Assembly (NCBI RefSeq): GCF_052425735.1
Contig: NC_135764.1
Location: 10,354,001 to 10,418,000 of the forward strand
DNA from: Oculina patagonica
Taxonomy: Eukaryota
Direction: 5' to 3'
Length of the DNA stretch: 64,000 nucleotides
Within the stretch, counting starts at the first letter, position 1. Each line of letters opens with the position of its first letter. Both the position numbers and the translations under genes were made by a program. This document shows positions 41,565 through 53,000 of the stretch, one piece after another. A model generated the notes under the pieces. It saw only the letters and a program-made list of their open reading frames with translations, had not been told where the DNA came from and did no database searches.

Positions 41565-43735
41565 TTTTATTAAAAACGCCCAAAGAATTGCAATATTTGA
41601 GCTCCCCAGCCATTTTTCATTGACGCGTATCGGCTACCAAATTTGTAGTCAATGGTATATGAGCTCATATACCATTGCCTGTTAACCAATCAAAATGCAG
41701 GAATTGCAATATACCATTGCTAGTTTTTAATAATATCTGATACCCGTCGTCCGATTTTGTACCACGTGATTTGTTTTGTCCAATGAGCGCGCGCGGAAAT
41801 TAATCGGTGGGTTAGAAAAACGTACATTCACAGTTAATTTCTTTGCGTTACAGCTTATTCTGTCGTGTAAATAAAAGAAGAAACATATTAGGGCACGTAA
41901 CGTGGTTACAATTGTCGTGATCCTCCTCAACATGAGTTTTGTACAAAAAACAAAAGCAAAGAAACAAATTAGTTTACAAAAGTATGATCTAATAAATTAC
42001 TAATAACTAAAATAACTAGGTCGGTGTCCATTAAATATTTAAAAATTAGGAAATAAGGTCAAGTACTGAAGCAAGTAAATGGATTAATGGACTATGTAAC
42101 AGTCGTTAGATAGATATTTTCCACGGCATAAAATCGATTTAGGATAAAACTTATGTGAAAAACTATTTTTATTTTGATAAATAAGCGGCCAAAGCACTAA
42201 ATCGCTCACGGTTAAACTAAATGTTATGTTTGCTTATCACAACAAGAATAATAATCTCGAGGCAGAACAAATTAAACTCATGGCACAAAAATTACTTAAT
42301 TTTGTTCTCTCACTTTACAATACAGTCGCGCCAAATTCAAATGATATCAGAAACAACAAAAAGCAGCAATAAATTAATATCCATTATTATTCATTCAAAA
42401 TATTTCTCCGTTTCTGATTGGCTGTCAATCCCCGTTTAATTCCAGCTAACCGGCTAGCGCTGACCAAATTTGGAAGAAGGTCCTATTATACGACGATTGA
42501 CGTCATTTAAATGACGTATCCAATATCAAAAATTAACCGATCGCAACCTCGTTCCCACGTTACACGGCAACTGCTTTGATGCACAACGACTGGGAAAATG
42601 GCGAGATTTGTGCAGTTCGACGAGCAGAAAATCACCAAATTATTAGAAGACAAGGGGGAGAAAGCAACGAAGGCGAGTCAAACGATTTTTAAAGCGAATT
42701 TTAAGAAAATACAATTTCTGAACCAGCCACAGTGGAGGACTTGGCGCAGTTTTACAAAAATTCTACGTCGAAGTTAGCAAGAACGATGGAAACCTGTACT
42801 CGAAAAAGTCGCTTTGTGTCATCAGAATTGGCTTCACTAGACACTTCAAGCAACTGCTCAATATCGACATTATAAATGACAGGGAATTTTAATCTAGGTA
42901 ACCGAGTTGTGAAGTTTAAATCAAATTTTAAAGCGAACATTGTTGTGTATTTGTGTACTTTGCGTTCTGTGAAAACCATATTAAATTCATTTTCTGCATT
43001 TGGAGCTCTGGAAATACTTTAAATGAATAATAAAACAATTATTGAATTCGGCCTCGTATGATATGAAGAATTATGCAGATCTCGGAGGGTGTTATCCGCC
43101 GAAGCCGAATACTTAGCCTCATCCAATAATTGCTTAGGCCTGGTTCACACTAGCGACATAACGACATAACGGCAAGGTCACGCAAATGCAAAAAGCACCT
43201 CACACTGATGTTTTATGTCACCAATGTGAACAACATAACATAACGACATAGTTGAAACATAATGACATAAGGAAAGAACTGAACTTTTCTTTATGTCGTT
43301 ATGTCCATGTCGTTATGTCGCTAGTGTGAACCAGGCCTTATACCGTATATTGTGAATTTAGTTCGGCACGACAAGAGCACGCCGTGCGGCACGGCAAAGG
43401 CTGCCGTGCAAAGTAGTAGTACCGAAATTAATTCAGCCCGCCGAACTCAATGGTTTCAAACGTCGTGCTACCGCCGTGCTTTAATAAAGGCCCATTTTCG
43501 GCACGGCAGTAGCAACAACGTTTGAAACAGGCATGAGATATTGTTGATAAATTAAAAGCATCGCTAATTAAAAAGTAACATAATACCTTATAACAATTTA
43601 TATTAATATGTACAGTCAATTAGTTAATGTGAGGTTCATCGACAGTGCCAATAATTAGGTCTGTATTAAACCTGTGATGAGGCTAAATTTCAGTTTCGCT
43701 TTGAAAACCACAGCCAGAAAAGAGAATAACAGCAT
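25193..43735 (-). CDS. Ig/FN3 cell-surface receptor or adhesion protein (signal peptide, 3 Ig, 2 FN3); continues beyond the window start
   Basis: Phase-1 GT-AG exons: 43735-43672 (putative signal peptide, weaker), 40533-40168 (Ig V-like), 36862-36608 (Ig), 27746-27480 (Ig), 26232-25945 (FN3), 25501-25193 (FN3, ends G|GTACG with no stop). Confidence 0.85.
29028..29140 (+). mobile_element. tRNA-derived SINE, 5' part
   Basis: A-box GGTGGCCTAATGG and B-box GGTTCGAG, then TTGTGTTCTTGGGCAAGACACTTTACTCTCA shared with the SINE at 63645-63950. Confidence 0.85.
29408..30091. mobile_element. Long palindromic MITE with TTAA TSD (Kolobok/T2-like GG...CC ends)
   Basis: TTAA|GGTATCACGGAAGGAAAATTGGCG...CGCCAATTTTCCTTCCGTGATACC|TTAA; arms complementary over ~300 bp. 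Confidence 0.9.
30505..30877. mobile_element. Probable TTAA-type MITE
   Basis: TTAAAAGGGCACGGTCA...TGACAGTGTCCCTTTAA imperfect TIRs interrupting the Gypsy remnant. Confidence 0.5.
31913..32025. repeat. 9-bp minisatellite
   Basis: About 12 units of GGTAC(A/G)(C/G)(T/C)C. Confidence 0.9.
33267..33862. mobile_element. piggyBac-like MITE
   Basis: TTAA|CCCT...TATTCAGACCGGG and CCCGGTCTGAATA...AGGG|TTAA. Confidence 0.75.
33979..36400. mobile_element. Non-autonomous Mutator/foldback-like element with a 9-bp TSD
   Basis: GTGTACACC at 33970-33978 and 36401-36409; TIRs GAGATAATCTAAT.GGCGCG with subterminal GTCGCGGG arrays; a nested repeat at ~35873-36165 also occurs at ~61775-62047. Confidence 0.9.
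38008..38168. other. Assembly gap (161 N)
   Basis: Run of N. Confidence 1.
38433..38574. repeat. Short palindromic MITE
   Basis: ACTTATTAACC...GGTCATTACAGGGGAATCTCAGACC...GGTCTGAGATTCCCCTGTAATGACC...GGTTAATAAGT. Confidence 0.8.
38835..39056. mobile_element. PIF/Harbinger-like MITE
   Basis: TTA|GGGACGGACCATTATTTT...AAAATAATGGTCCGTCCC|TTA. Confidence 0.8.
43137..43337. mobile_element. Harbinger-like MITE
   Basis: TTA|GGCCTGGTTCACACTAGCGACATAACGACAT...ATGTCGTTATGTCGCTAGTGTGAACCAGGCC|TTA. Confidence 0.85.
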
Positions 43736-44353
43736 ATCTCTCGTCGCCAGCGCTCCCAGGCTGCATTCGTAAGGCTAGGAAAAGCATAACGTACTCGGCG
43801 TCGCACTCGCTCAAACGCACAAACGGGTAACGGAACGAAGATTAAATATAAAGAAACACAATAACATCACGTCTTATCGCAGGCTATACTGCTCAAACTA
43901 AGTTCTGCCTTTCAGCCGGACTGATGAAAAATTATAGATACAAACCTGCATGCGGAAGTAACAGCAATGCAAGGAAAATACAGCAGTTTGTTGGTATTCG
44001 TAGCAAGTTTACAAAACACATCTCATCAAAGTTTATGCCAACTGCAAGACCTTTGTCTGATATCAAACAGTTGCTCAACAAGGTATGGTTTCTAAACAAC
44101 ACGGTTTGTGTATCGTAGAACTCTTGTGCACCTATCAGATCGGTACCACGTGACTAATATAGTCTTAGTCACGCACGTGGTTCAGGAAAATTCTTGCAAA
44201 CAATTTCTTTCGCAGCCACCCAGGAGCAAAATAAACTATATATTATAGCAAAACCATGAGTATAAAAAAGCAACGAGAGATAGGCGGATTGTAAAGACTG
44301 ACAATAATTATATTCTAACGTGAGTGAACTACCGTTCATGTAGATCGCGAATA

Positions 44354-44749
44354 CAGCAAAAACCCGCGTATAAGAACCTAGGTTTTTTCAAGTTAGCTTA
44401 AACAGGTTCTTATATAAATGGTATTTAGTGTAAAATTAGACTAACTAGGTTCTTAATTAGGTTCTTAACTTTTGTTCAAGAAATAATAATATAATAATTA
44501 TATTCAAGGAGGACAAGTTTTATGTAACTATGCTGTAACTATAATGTGTACAGACTGTGTTATAAATATATTTTTGAGAAGATTTTTTTATTCTATATTT
44601 TTGGGAAGATTAGATTTTTCTTTTTTTGAAAATAAGAACCTGTTTTAGAATTTTAGCCTAAAATGGTTCTTATGTGAAGGGTGCTTAAAAATGAAATTTT
44701 AGCCTAACAGGTTCTTAAATGTTAGGTTCTTATACGCGGGTTTTTACTG
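44354..44749. mobile_element. Tc1/mariner-like MITE
   Basis: TA|CAGCAAAAACCCGCGTATAAGAACCTA...TAGGTTCTTATACGCGGGTTTTTACTG|TA. Confidence 0.85.
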
Positions 44750-47065
44750 TATGTCTCTCAGGGGAAAGCGACGAGAGAAGAATTCGAGGTTAAAGTGTAT
44801 ATGACAGATATTTTTTTATTTGCTTGTTAGAATCTACTTGGGATGCTGATTTGAATATCGAAAAAAAAGCAGAAACCTAGTCCCTTAATCGGTTAAAAAA
44901 TAGATAATTTTTTTGACACAACTGTGGCCGAGGAAATTCTAACCGCATAAACAGCGACTGGGTACGAGTTAGATATTGCCCAATAACGTAATAGAGTCAA
45001 TTAAAAATTACAACTTTTTGCGAGTCGGTTTTTTATTGTCTTCCCGAAACTACTAATCAGAAGTTAAACGTCACAATCGTCCTAAACAAATAGTTCAGTC
45101 GAGAAGAAAAGCTCAAATAAAAAAAAAGCACCCGAGCTCAATTTACATGTACTATATCCCACCTGTGTTCTCAAACCGACCCTCTCAATATTCAAGACAC
45201 CTAAATTTAAAAATAGATTTTTGTAACAATTAAATTCATCTACTTATTTTAGCTGCGCCTTCCTAACTACCGGCAAAATATTTTCAGCCGGTGACGGACT
45301 GTAATGGCAAACTCGTCATTAAACCAACAGCGATGAAATGTCTACGTTTTAAAATAAATTTTCACAACGTCACTTGGCCGTAGGACACCGAAAAGGCCAC
45401 GTGATATCTTTCGGAAGTCCTCGGCAAATTCTCGGACAATCTTCGCAATTTGTCGGAAGATACACAGGAATCAATAAGAAAAGCGACGTTAAACGAACTA
45501 ACCTTTTCAAGTGTAGAGTAATAAATAAAATTTGCCCTAGGTTTGTTTCTCGCGTCTGGCTTTGAATTCTTCTGCTTTCTTGAAGACTTTACAGATTACA
45601 AAAAACGAGCGCCAAGGCCAAAAAAAAAAAGTTTGTTCTCAGTATTAGCATGAGAGCGCCAGCTCAGTTTTATAAAATAAGTACATGCATTGGCCAAAGC
45701 AATGAATTAAAGGAAACTGTACGGGTTGCTTACCATTTACATTAGCAAAGGATTTGCCCTTTAATTCTGAATTAGAACAAACGCCCTTATCGCCAACCCT
45801 CGTAGTGATATCGCAAGAACTCCGAAGAGTTTACGTCACAAAAATACGTCATCGTTTCTACTGAAAACTGCGGGCTCACTGCATCCTAAGTGGAAGCAAC
45901 AAGCAACATCTACAAGATTAAAAAGGGTTTTTCGTAAAGCATCAAGTTTAATTTACTGGGAAATACTTGGGAACTTTGCCTGCAAATCATATTTCGTGAA
46001 AGGCTTGAATATCGTCTGATGACATCGGGCAATCCAATTAGGTTATGGAAGAGTAAACTGAAAAGTAATATGTCTCTGGAAAGCTTTGTTGTTGAGCAAA
46101 ACCAAATATAGGCTGCACCTATCTCTTCGGTAAACCGTAAACAACCCGTGAAAATGAAAACAAAGGCAAATATCTTTTACAGTGCTGATTATAGGCCACA
46201 GTTCTTCAAAGCCAGACATATTACTAAATTGGCCCGCCTTCTTTTAAATTAATAAAGCAAACAAAACAAAAAAGAGACCGAGTAAAATTATTTACACATA
46301 ATGCAATTAAGAAGACGGGAAGTAAAATAAATCGAAATTATACCAATAAACTACGATATTTCTCCATTGGAACAAATAAGTGTTTAAATATGACTCAAAG
46401 TACACAAAATAACGCATCACTTTGCACGACACCATTTTCTTTTTTTTCTATCTGAAATTTACCCTACCAAAATCCCATTCCCTCTACCACCGCCTCTGAA
46501 TACAACGTGGGTATAGGGAAGTCTCCCCAGGGATGATTTCCCAGGGATATTTCCCTATATAAGGGCATAAGGAGCTAAGGGAGGTCTCCTGACGGAATTT
46601 ATATAAGGATAAGGGAAATCTTCCCAAGTGTTCCAAGAGAACATACAAGGGCTAATTTCCTGCTCTATTCCCCGTGTCCCTGTACAAGGACGTAGAAGAA
46701 ACATCCCCCGAGGGAACATCTACTACACTTACTACATATCTTTTCTTCTCCCACTTCCCCTTCCTCCCTCCCCCCCCCCCCACCATTTTTCCTGTACTCG
46801 ATATATGCGTTTGTCTCTATCCAAAAAAACTCGTTTGTCATATTTGTATCTTCAATTTTTTCTCGTATTCTTCTAACGTCGAGTTGTGTGTCATGGAATT
46901 AACAATGTCAATAACTAGATCATTTTAGCAGCATTTGATCTGATGTGGCACTCTTGGGAAGCTGTTACTTGAATAATTCGACTAAAGTCACGCGTAACGC
47001 AATAGAGGAAAATAATTCTCATCCGTAACGCAACTTGTCTCCTCTTGGAGCCAGACATTTAGACT

Positions 47066-50000
47066 TTATGACGCTGATTGCTTTCTCATCTCCCATGGTC
47101 CACCTACGTGAAAAATAAACAGACAAAATTAGACCATACAGTGTTAAGCCCTGGCCAAACGGGAATGCAAGTTTACTCGCAAGTGCACGCAAGTTGTCAA
47201 AAAAGCCCTTTCAATGCTACTGCGCGCGCTACAAGTCAGTACTTGAAGCAAACAGTAAGACTTGCGTTGACTTGCGTTGGGTGGCCAAACAGCGAAAAAG
47301 TTGTGTTGACTTGCGTGCAACTTTGATCTCGACCAAAGCGAACGCAAGTCATCGCAAGTGCACGCAAGTCCTCGCCAAACGGAGACGCAAGTAGACGCGA
47401 GTCATAAGAGCGCTTACAGCCTTGTGAAAATTAAAAATCGGAGTCATAAAAAAAACGTCGGTTTGATTTTCACTAGATCGTAACGCTCTGCGCTTCCGAT
47501 AACGACTGCGATTTTTAAAATTCTTATTGATCCGAAAACCAGACTTCTTGATTCTTATTGATCTTCTGAGAGAATTTTGGGTCATATGGAAACATTCCCC
47601 TCCACCCCCCCCCCCCCCCCCCCCCCCCCCCGGGGGGGGGGGGGGGGGGGGGGGAGTAAAATCGTACAAATCTATGCTATTTAAAATAATATAAAACCAC
47701 AAAACAAGAACAACTGCTTACCATCAGTACTATTTACTAAATTGTGCGAGGACGCTGACCGCCGATTACTTCTCTTCAAAGCTGCTATTTCTCCTTCACG
47801 ACCTGAAATCTTCATTGGCGACCGCTGCATTGAGTCCGGCATAGACGGCAATTTTCGCCCAGAATTCCCTTCGCCCATCATGTTGAGCCGGTCCACGCTG
47901 GCTGCAGCGCGCATGTGCGCATTTGAAGAGTGAGTAACCGCGCCAGCTGATGCTGCTGAGCCGCGCCTTCTTTCATAATCTGGCGAAGAATGGGCGCCAT
48001 TCAAACTGAAAGAACCAATCAGAGGAAGTTATTTCAAAAGAATTTAAAATACCTATTCCTTGGCCGAAGAGAACAATATCAAGTACAATATTTTAACTTT
48101 TTATTGAGCATTGCTACAGGTTAAACCTCAACGCTAAGCACTCGAAGAGTTTTGGGGTTGGATCTACATACTCTTGCAACATTGCACGACGTAGAATATT
48201 TACAGCATTTTATTTTGTACATCACTACAACATCACAAAATAGGTTGTTACACGGTTCCTCTGTTCAGCCAGGCTTGACCATGTTACACACGGGATAAAC
48301 ACTGAATTTCATTGTCACACGAAAGCGACCTGGTTGTGCTTGTCCTTCCGTAAACGACGGCTTACATTCCGCTTTCTGCACTAGCAAACGTTCCTTTCCC
48401 GCTAGCCAAGGTCGCGACCAAATCTCAAAAGCGCAACATTTCTCGCGCTCTAAAACGTCAGGCTTTAGAAAATCCACTGCACAAGCTTCGATGCCTTCCC
48501 GCGTCTCGTTCAAAGCGTTCGGACACTTAGACGGCGCAATTTTCACGTTCACGCAGTACATTGTTCCTTGAACAACTTGGCTAGACGCGTCGAGTGTGTA
48601 CGGCAGATAAACGAATTTGAACGACGGTTTGGGCTCTCGTGTGTTTTCCAGTCGCACGGCCTGTTTAAGTCCCTCTAAAAGCTCCTTGTGACTCCACAAC
48701 TTGTCCTGGTCGATCTTTGTAACACCACCGGCTAATGTGGCACTGTGGACAACGCGAAAAACGGCGAAGACAACACAAAAAGCGAGCGGGAACTTCGTGT
48801 AACGGTAAGCCATATTAACCCCCTGGAGTTGACGACTTTGGAGTTTCATAATTTATTATCTCAATTCTAGTTCATCCGTAATGACATTTGACAGTTTGGC
48901 AAGCGTCCGGTATTTCTAGATACCAGACTACCAGTCTATCTACCAGAATTCCGCGCCTTCCAGGAAATACCATTAAGAAAAAAAGGCGCAACCGCGATTG
49001 AAAAAAAAATTACTCTAACCGATCGAAAAAATTCTTGATATTTCCCGATTTTTTACGATTTCTACGGAAAACAAAATGAAGTCAAGTGAAACATTGGACA
49101 TTTTAAACGTTAAAGCAGGGCAGGTAGATAATCGACGTATCGCACAGCAGGTAGATAAGCGTCCCTTTGCGAGTCACGGCCTTTTGTCTACCAAACTACA
49201 GGTGTCAAGTCTGTAAGATACGAAGATACATAGAAATGCCTAGCCTTACAACTAATTTACTCCAAAGAAATCCTTTCAAACCGGAGAAACGCAATATGGT
49301 GTTAATATACCATTCATTGGCGTTTTAGAGCAGTTTTCAATTGAGTGTCGTAAAACCAAAACCAAAACCAAAGTTATCACTCTAGCCAATCCCAAAGAAC
49401 ACAGACAATCCAGTGAACCAATGCAATGAAAAACTCGAAGCAAATACTTGAAGCCGGCACGAAGCGCGGGAAAACGTGCGCGAGCGATTCACAATTGGTT
49501 TTGGTTTTAGTTCTGATTGGCTGAGAAAGTGGCGCGAGATTTTTAAGCCAATCACTAAGCGAAGCAATGCAAAACCAAAGCAAACGCAATAAACTTTCGA
49601 CACTCAAGTGAAAACCGCTCTAGTTGAGAATTCTGGTAACGGTCCTAGCACTTAAAGCCTCGTCATAAATGCATGGCACCCGTTACATTCATAAATTTAA
49701 ATTTGCCTTCGTGATTAAGTTTGTTTTGTTGTTAAGATAGTTTTAAGTTTGACTACACTCAATGGAGCAAAATAGTCACAGCACAAATTAAGATCTGAAG
49801 AAACATGCAACCGGTTCTAAGCGCGGGAAAAGCCACGTGACCTAGGAGAAAAGTTTTAAAACTCACCTAGGGCTCCCCTGTGGTAGGGGGCGATTAAGAG
49901 ACTCTGTACTGACTGCATTTCGTATCCTCTTGCTGTACGAGACCACAGGTTCCGAGCTTTTCCCGCCACGAATCACAGGCGTCACTATTGTGGCTCCGTT

Positions 50001-53000
50001 GGGGGAGCTGGGTAAACTGGGCGTGCTAGGACTGTTGGGAACGTTGGAACCCATGACTGCTCCGCCAGCCAAACGGGTCATTCCTAATAAGGCACTGCCG
50101 ATGCCCGCGCTACTGCCGGGACGGACGCTGGGTGATGTGGGTTGCTGGCCTGGGCGGATAGGTTTGGCTGGAATAGAAAATGAAAGATGATTGATGTGTG
50201 TTTGACATGGAGTGAAAAGATCTTTATAACAGATTGGGACCGCTACCTTTTAGCGATCTACAGTGTTAAGGCTGATTTAAACGATATCTACGTGCAAATC
50301 GTATGCAGAAATGTTGGTTTGATTTACAAGAAGCAATTCGTGTCCTAGGGCGCTTTACATTAGTCAGAACTCGGGCCGGCCGGCACTGTAGTTTTGAATG
50401 TAAAATTGGCCTTTTCCACGCGATTATCCCAGAAATCCACCACAACAGTGTACACATGCATTAGTATAATATTTATGCATTTATTGATTTGACAGGACAA
50501 ATGAGAATTATACTAGGGCCGCCAAGCGGCCTGAAGTAATAATTCGGATTATATAAACAGACGAAGTGAGAAATATATGAGGTTCCCACCCTTCACCCTT
50601 CCCTGGTGTATTTATAGGGTGTTGCTTTGCCTGTCTATTTCACGGCGTCAAAAAGCCAGCGAAGGATCATGGGTCCGCGGGACCTAGGCACCAGGGCCTT
50701 ATGGGTAGACCCAGGCCCTTGTTTTGCTTTTAAGGGGGTACCCCTTATATTTTTAGCGTTAAAAAGTGGTTTGAAGCACTAACTGGGAAATTCCTACCAT
50801 TTGTTTTCTCATATATTTCGAACGGAGTCTGTGAAATATAATCTGATCGACTAACAACGGAATTCTGTCCTCGAGAAGACCGGTCTGACCGGCCAGTTCT
50901 GACTAATGGTAAGCGCCCCTAGAAGTGCCAGTGATACCGTCTTAATTGACCCTTCGTTTCATCGATGATCAGAGAAATGTCAGGTAAAGTTCTTCATTTT
51001 AGAATATGCCAACATAGAAAAAAAAGTCGAAAAAACAGAGGAATCCTTATTTCAGTTTTCGAACTTCCAAGGAAAACGAAAATAGTTTCGGGAAATTGAG
51101 TGGGGGAGTGGAGGGGGGAGGGGGTGGGGGAGGGAAAAATTGAAGATCCAAAGGAAACGACTTTTGTTTCGAGTTATCGGGAGGTTGAAAAAATCGAGGA
51201 TATGCGGAATCGGAATCTACTGCATAACCAGCAACGTAATATTCTATGAAACCATTAGCTGATAACTACTAATTTCTCAAATAACACGAAACGACAATGT
51301 GTCCTAAAAGTTGGTTAACCCAGGGTAGCTCTGTTATAGAGAATTTAACATTTGATCCGTACCGATATGTCCCTGAGCTCCCTTTCTAGCCTGCGCCTGT
51401 TTCTGTCTCATTGATTCCCGGATTCTCTCGACCTCCTTCTGGTATCGTGCCCGGTCCCTCTGCGCGCCTTCCTTGGCCTCTTTTAGAGCCTGCTCTAATG
51501 ACTTCACCCGCTCTTGTGTTGCTCGCAGGCGCTTCTCTAGCTTGGGCAATTCACACCTCAGGTCGGCATTATCTCTAACGAGCTGTCAAAAATAGAAAAG
51601 TAATATTCAAATCAGATTAAGAAACTGCTACGTCGAAGTAGTTATGGTACTCCAGAGCCTATATGAGGGAATTAAACACTTATTAGTACAATATAGTCAA
51701 TAACATTTACCTCTGGTATGCGACCAATATTGATTCTATATAAAAACTAACCTCGGCACCAAAGTTAAATCCATTTTCATTCGGTTGCGCTGAGCAGATA
51801 GCTCGTGATTGATCAGGGTAATAATTCGTTAGCATTGAGCGGCTTTTTGGGCGTCAAGGGTACAGCATACTAAAATGTCTCTTGTCTTGTGTTGTAGTGT
51901 TCAAAAACAAGTTGTTTATGGAAAGAAAATGTCCGAAAATTCGGACAAAAATTCTTTAATGCGGATGATGAGTTCTTAACACAGATTCGCCAAAAACGCA
52001 AGCTAAAGGGATTTCTCTATCGAAAAATACTTTAAGGGACGGAATGTTTCCTTTCCGATTTCTCTATAAAACTAAATTGATCGCTGATTGTTTCCTAAAG
52101 GTGAAGAATTTTCCATGCAATGACATAAATGTTTCATTTTATTAAAAACTTCCCTTATTCATTTAATTACAAGAACTATATCAAAGTATTGATCCATTGT
52201 TAACTTTTAGAATATCGTTATATTATAAAAAAAAAAAACAATATCTCGTTTCAATTACCTGGCCTTTAAGTTCACAAGCTTTTGGCACGAAAAAAAAAAA
52301 CAATCGAAAGCAAAACTATGAACTTTGAAACTACTTACAAGTACAACAATTCTCGACAGGATTAAGGGTTAAAATTGCAGGCAGTTAACTACACTACTTA
52401 GAAATCTACTCAGTAAATACCAAAATACCATTTTATATTGATCTCAAAGAGAATCATTGAGTGTTGTCTTCATTTCTTTCTTTCGAAAACAAAAAAAATA
52501 GAAACTTCCCCCAAATAGAACCCATATCAAGACGCGTAAAAAAATGAAACTTCCCCCAAAATAGAAACCATTTCAAGACGCATGGAAAAAAATTCCACCA
52601 ATAATAGAAACCAATTTTAAGTCGCATTAAAAACAAGAAAAAATATTTCCCCAAATAGTAAAAACCCATTTCAAGTCGCATCCAATCGGATAGGAGTATT
52701 TCACTACCTTTTATTGATTAAAAAAACTTCAATGCGAATGCGTGAAATATAAAAATATTTTACAACTGCGATTTCTCGGAAATTGTAAACTGTATTAAAT
52801 ATCAAAATACATCCAAAACTGTCCTTAATGAGGATTAATTTATGTTGCCCCACTTCTTAATGGCGTTTAAATAAATAAAATGTCCCGTAAATAAAAAAAA
52901 CCATTTAACACGTCTATCACGCGAGTGAAAGAACTTTGATTTTCTGCTTCAACATCTTGACCTTCTGCAAGGCTTTCCGCTGTTTGGAATAAAACATTTA

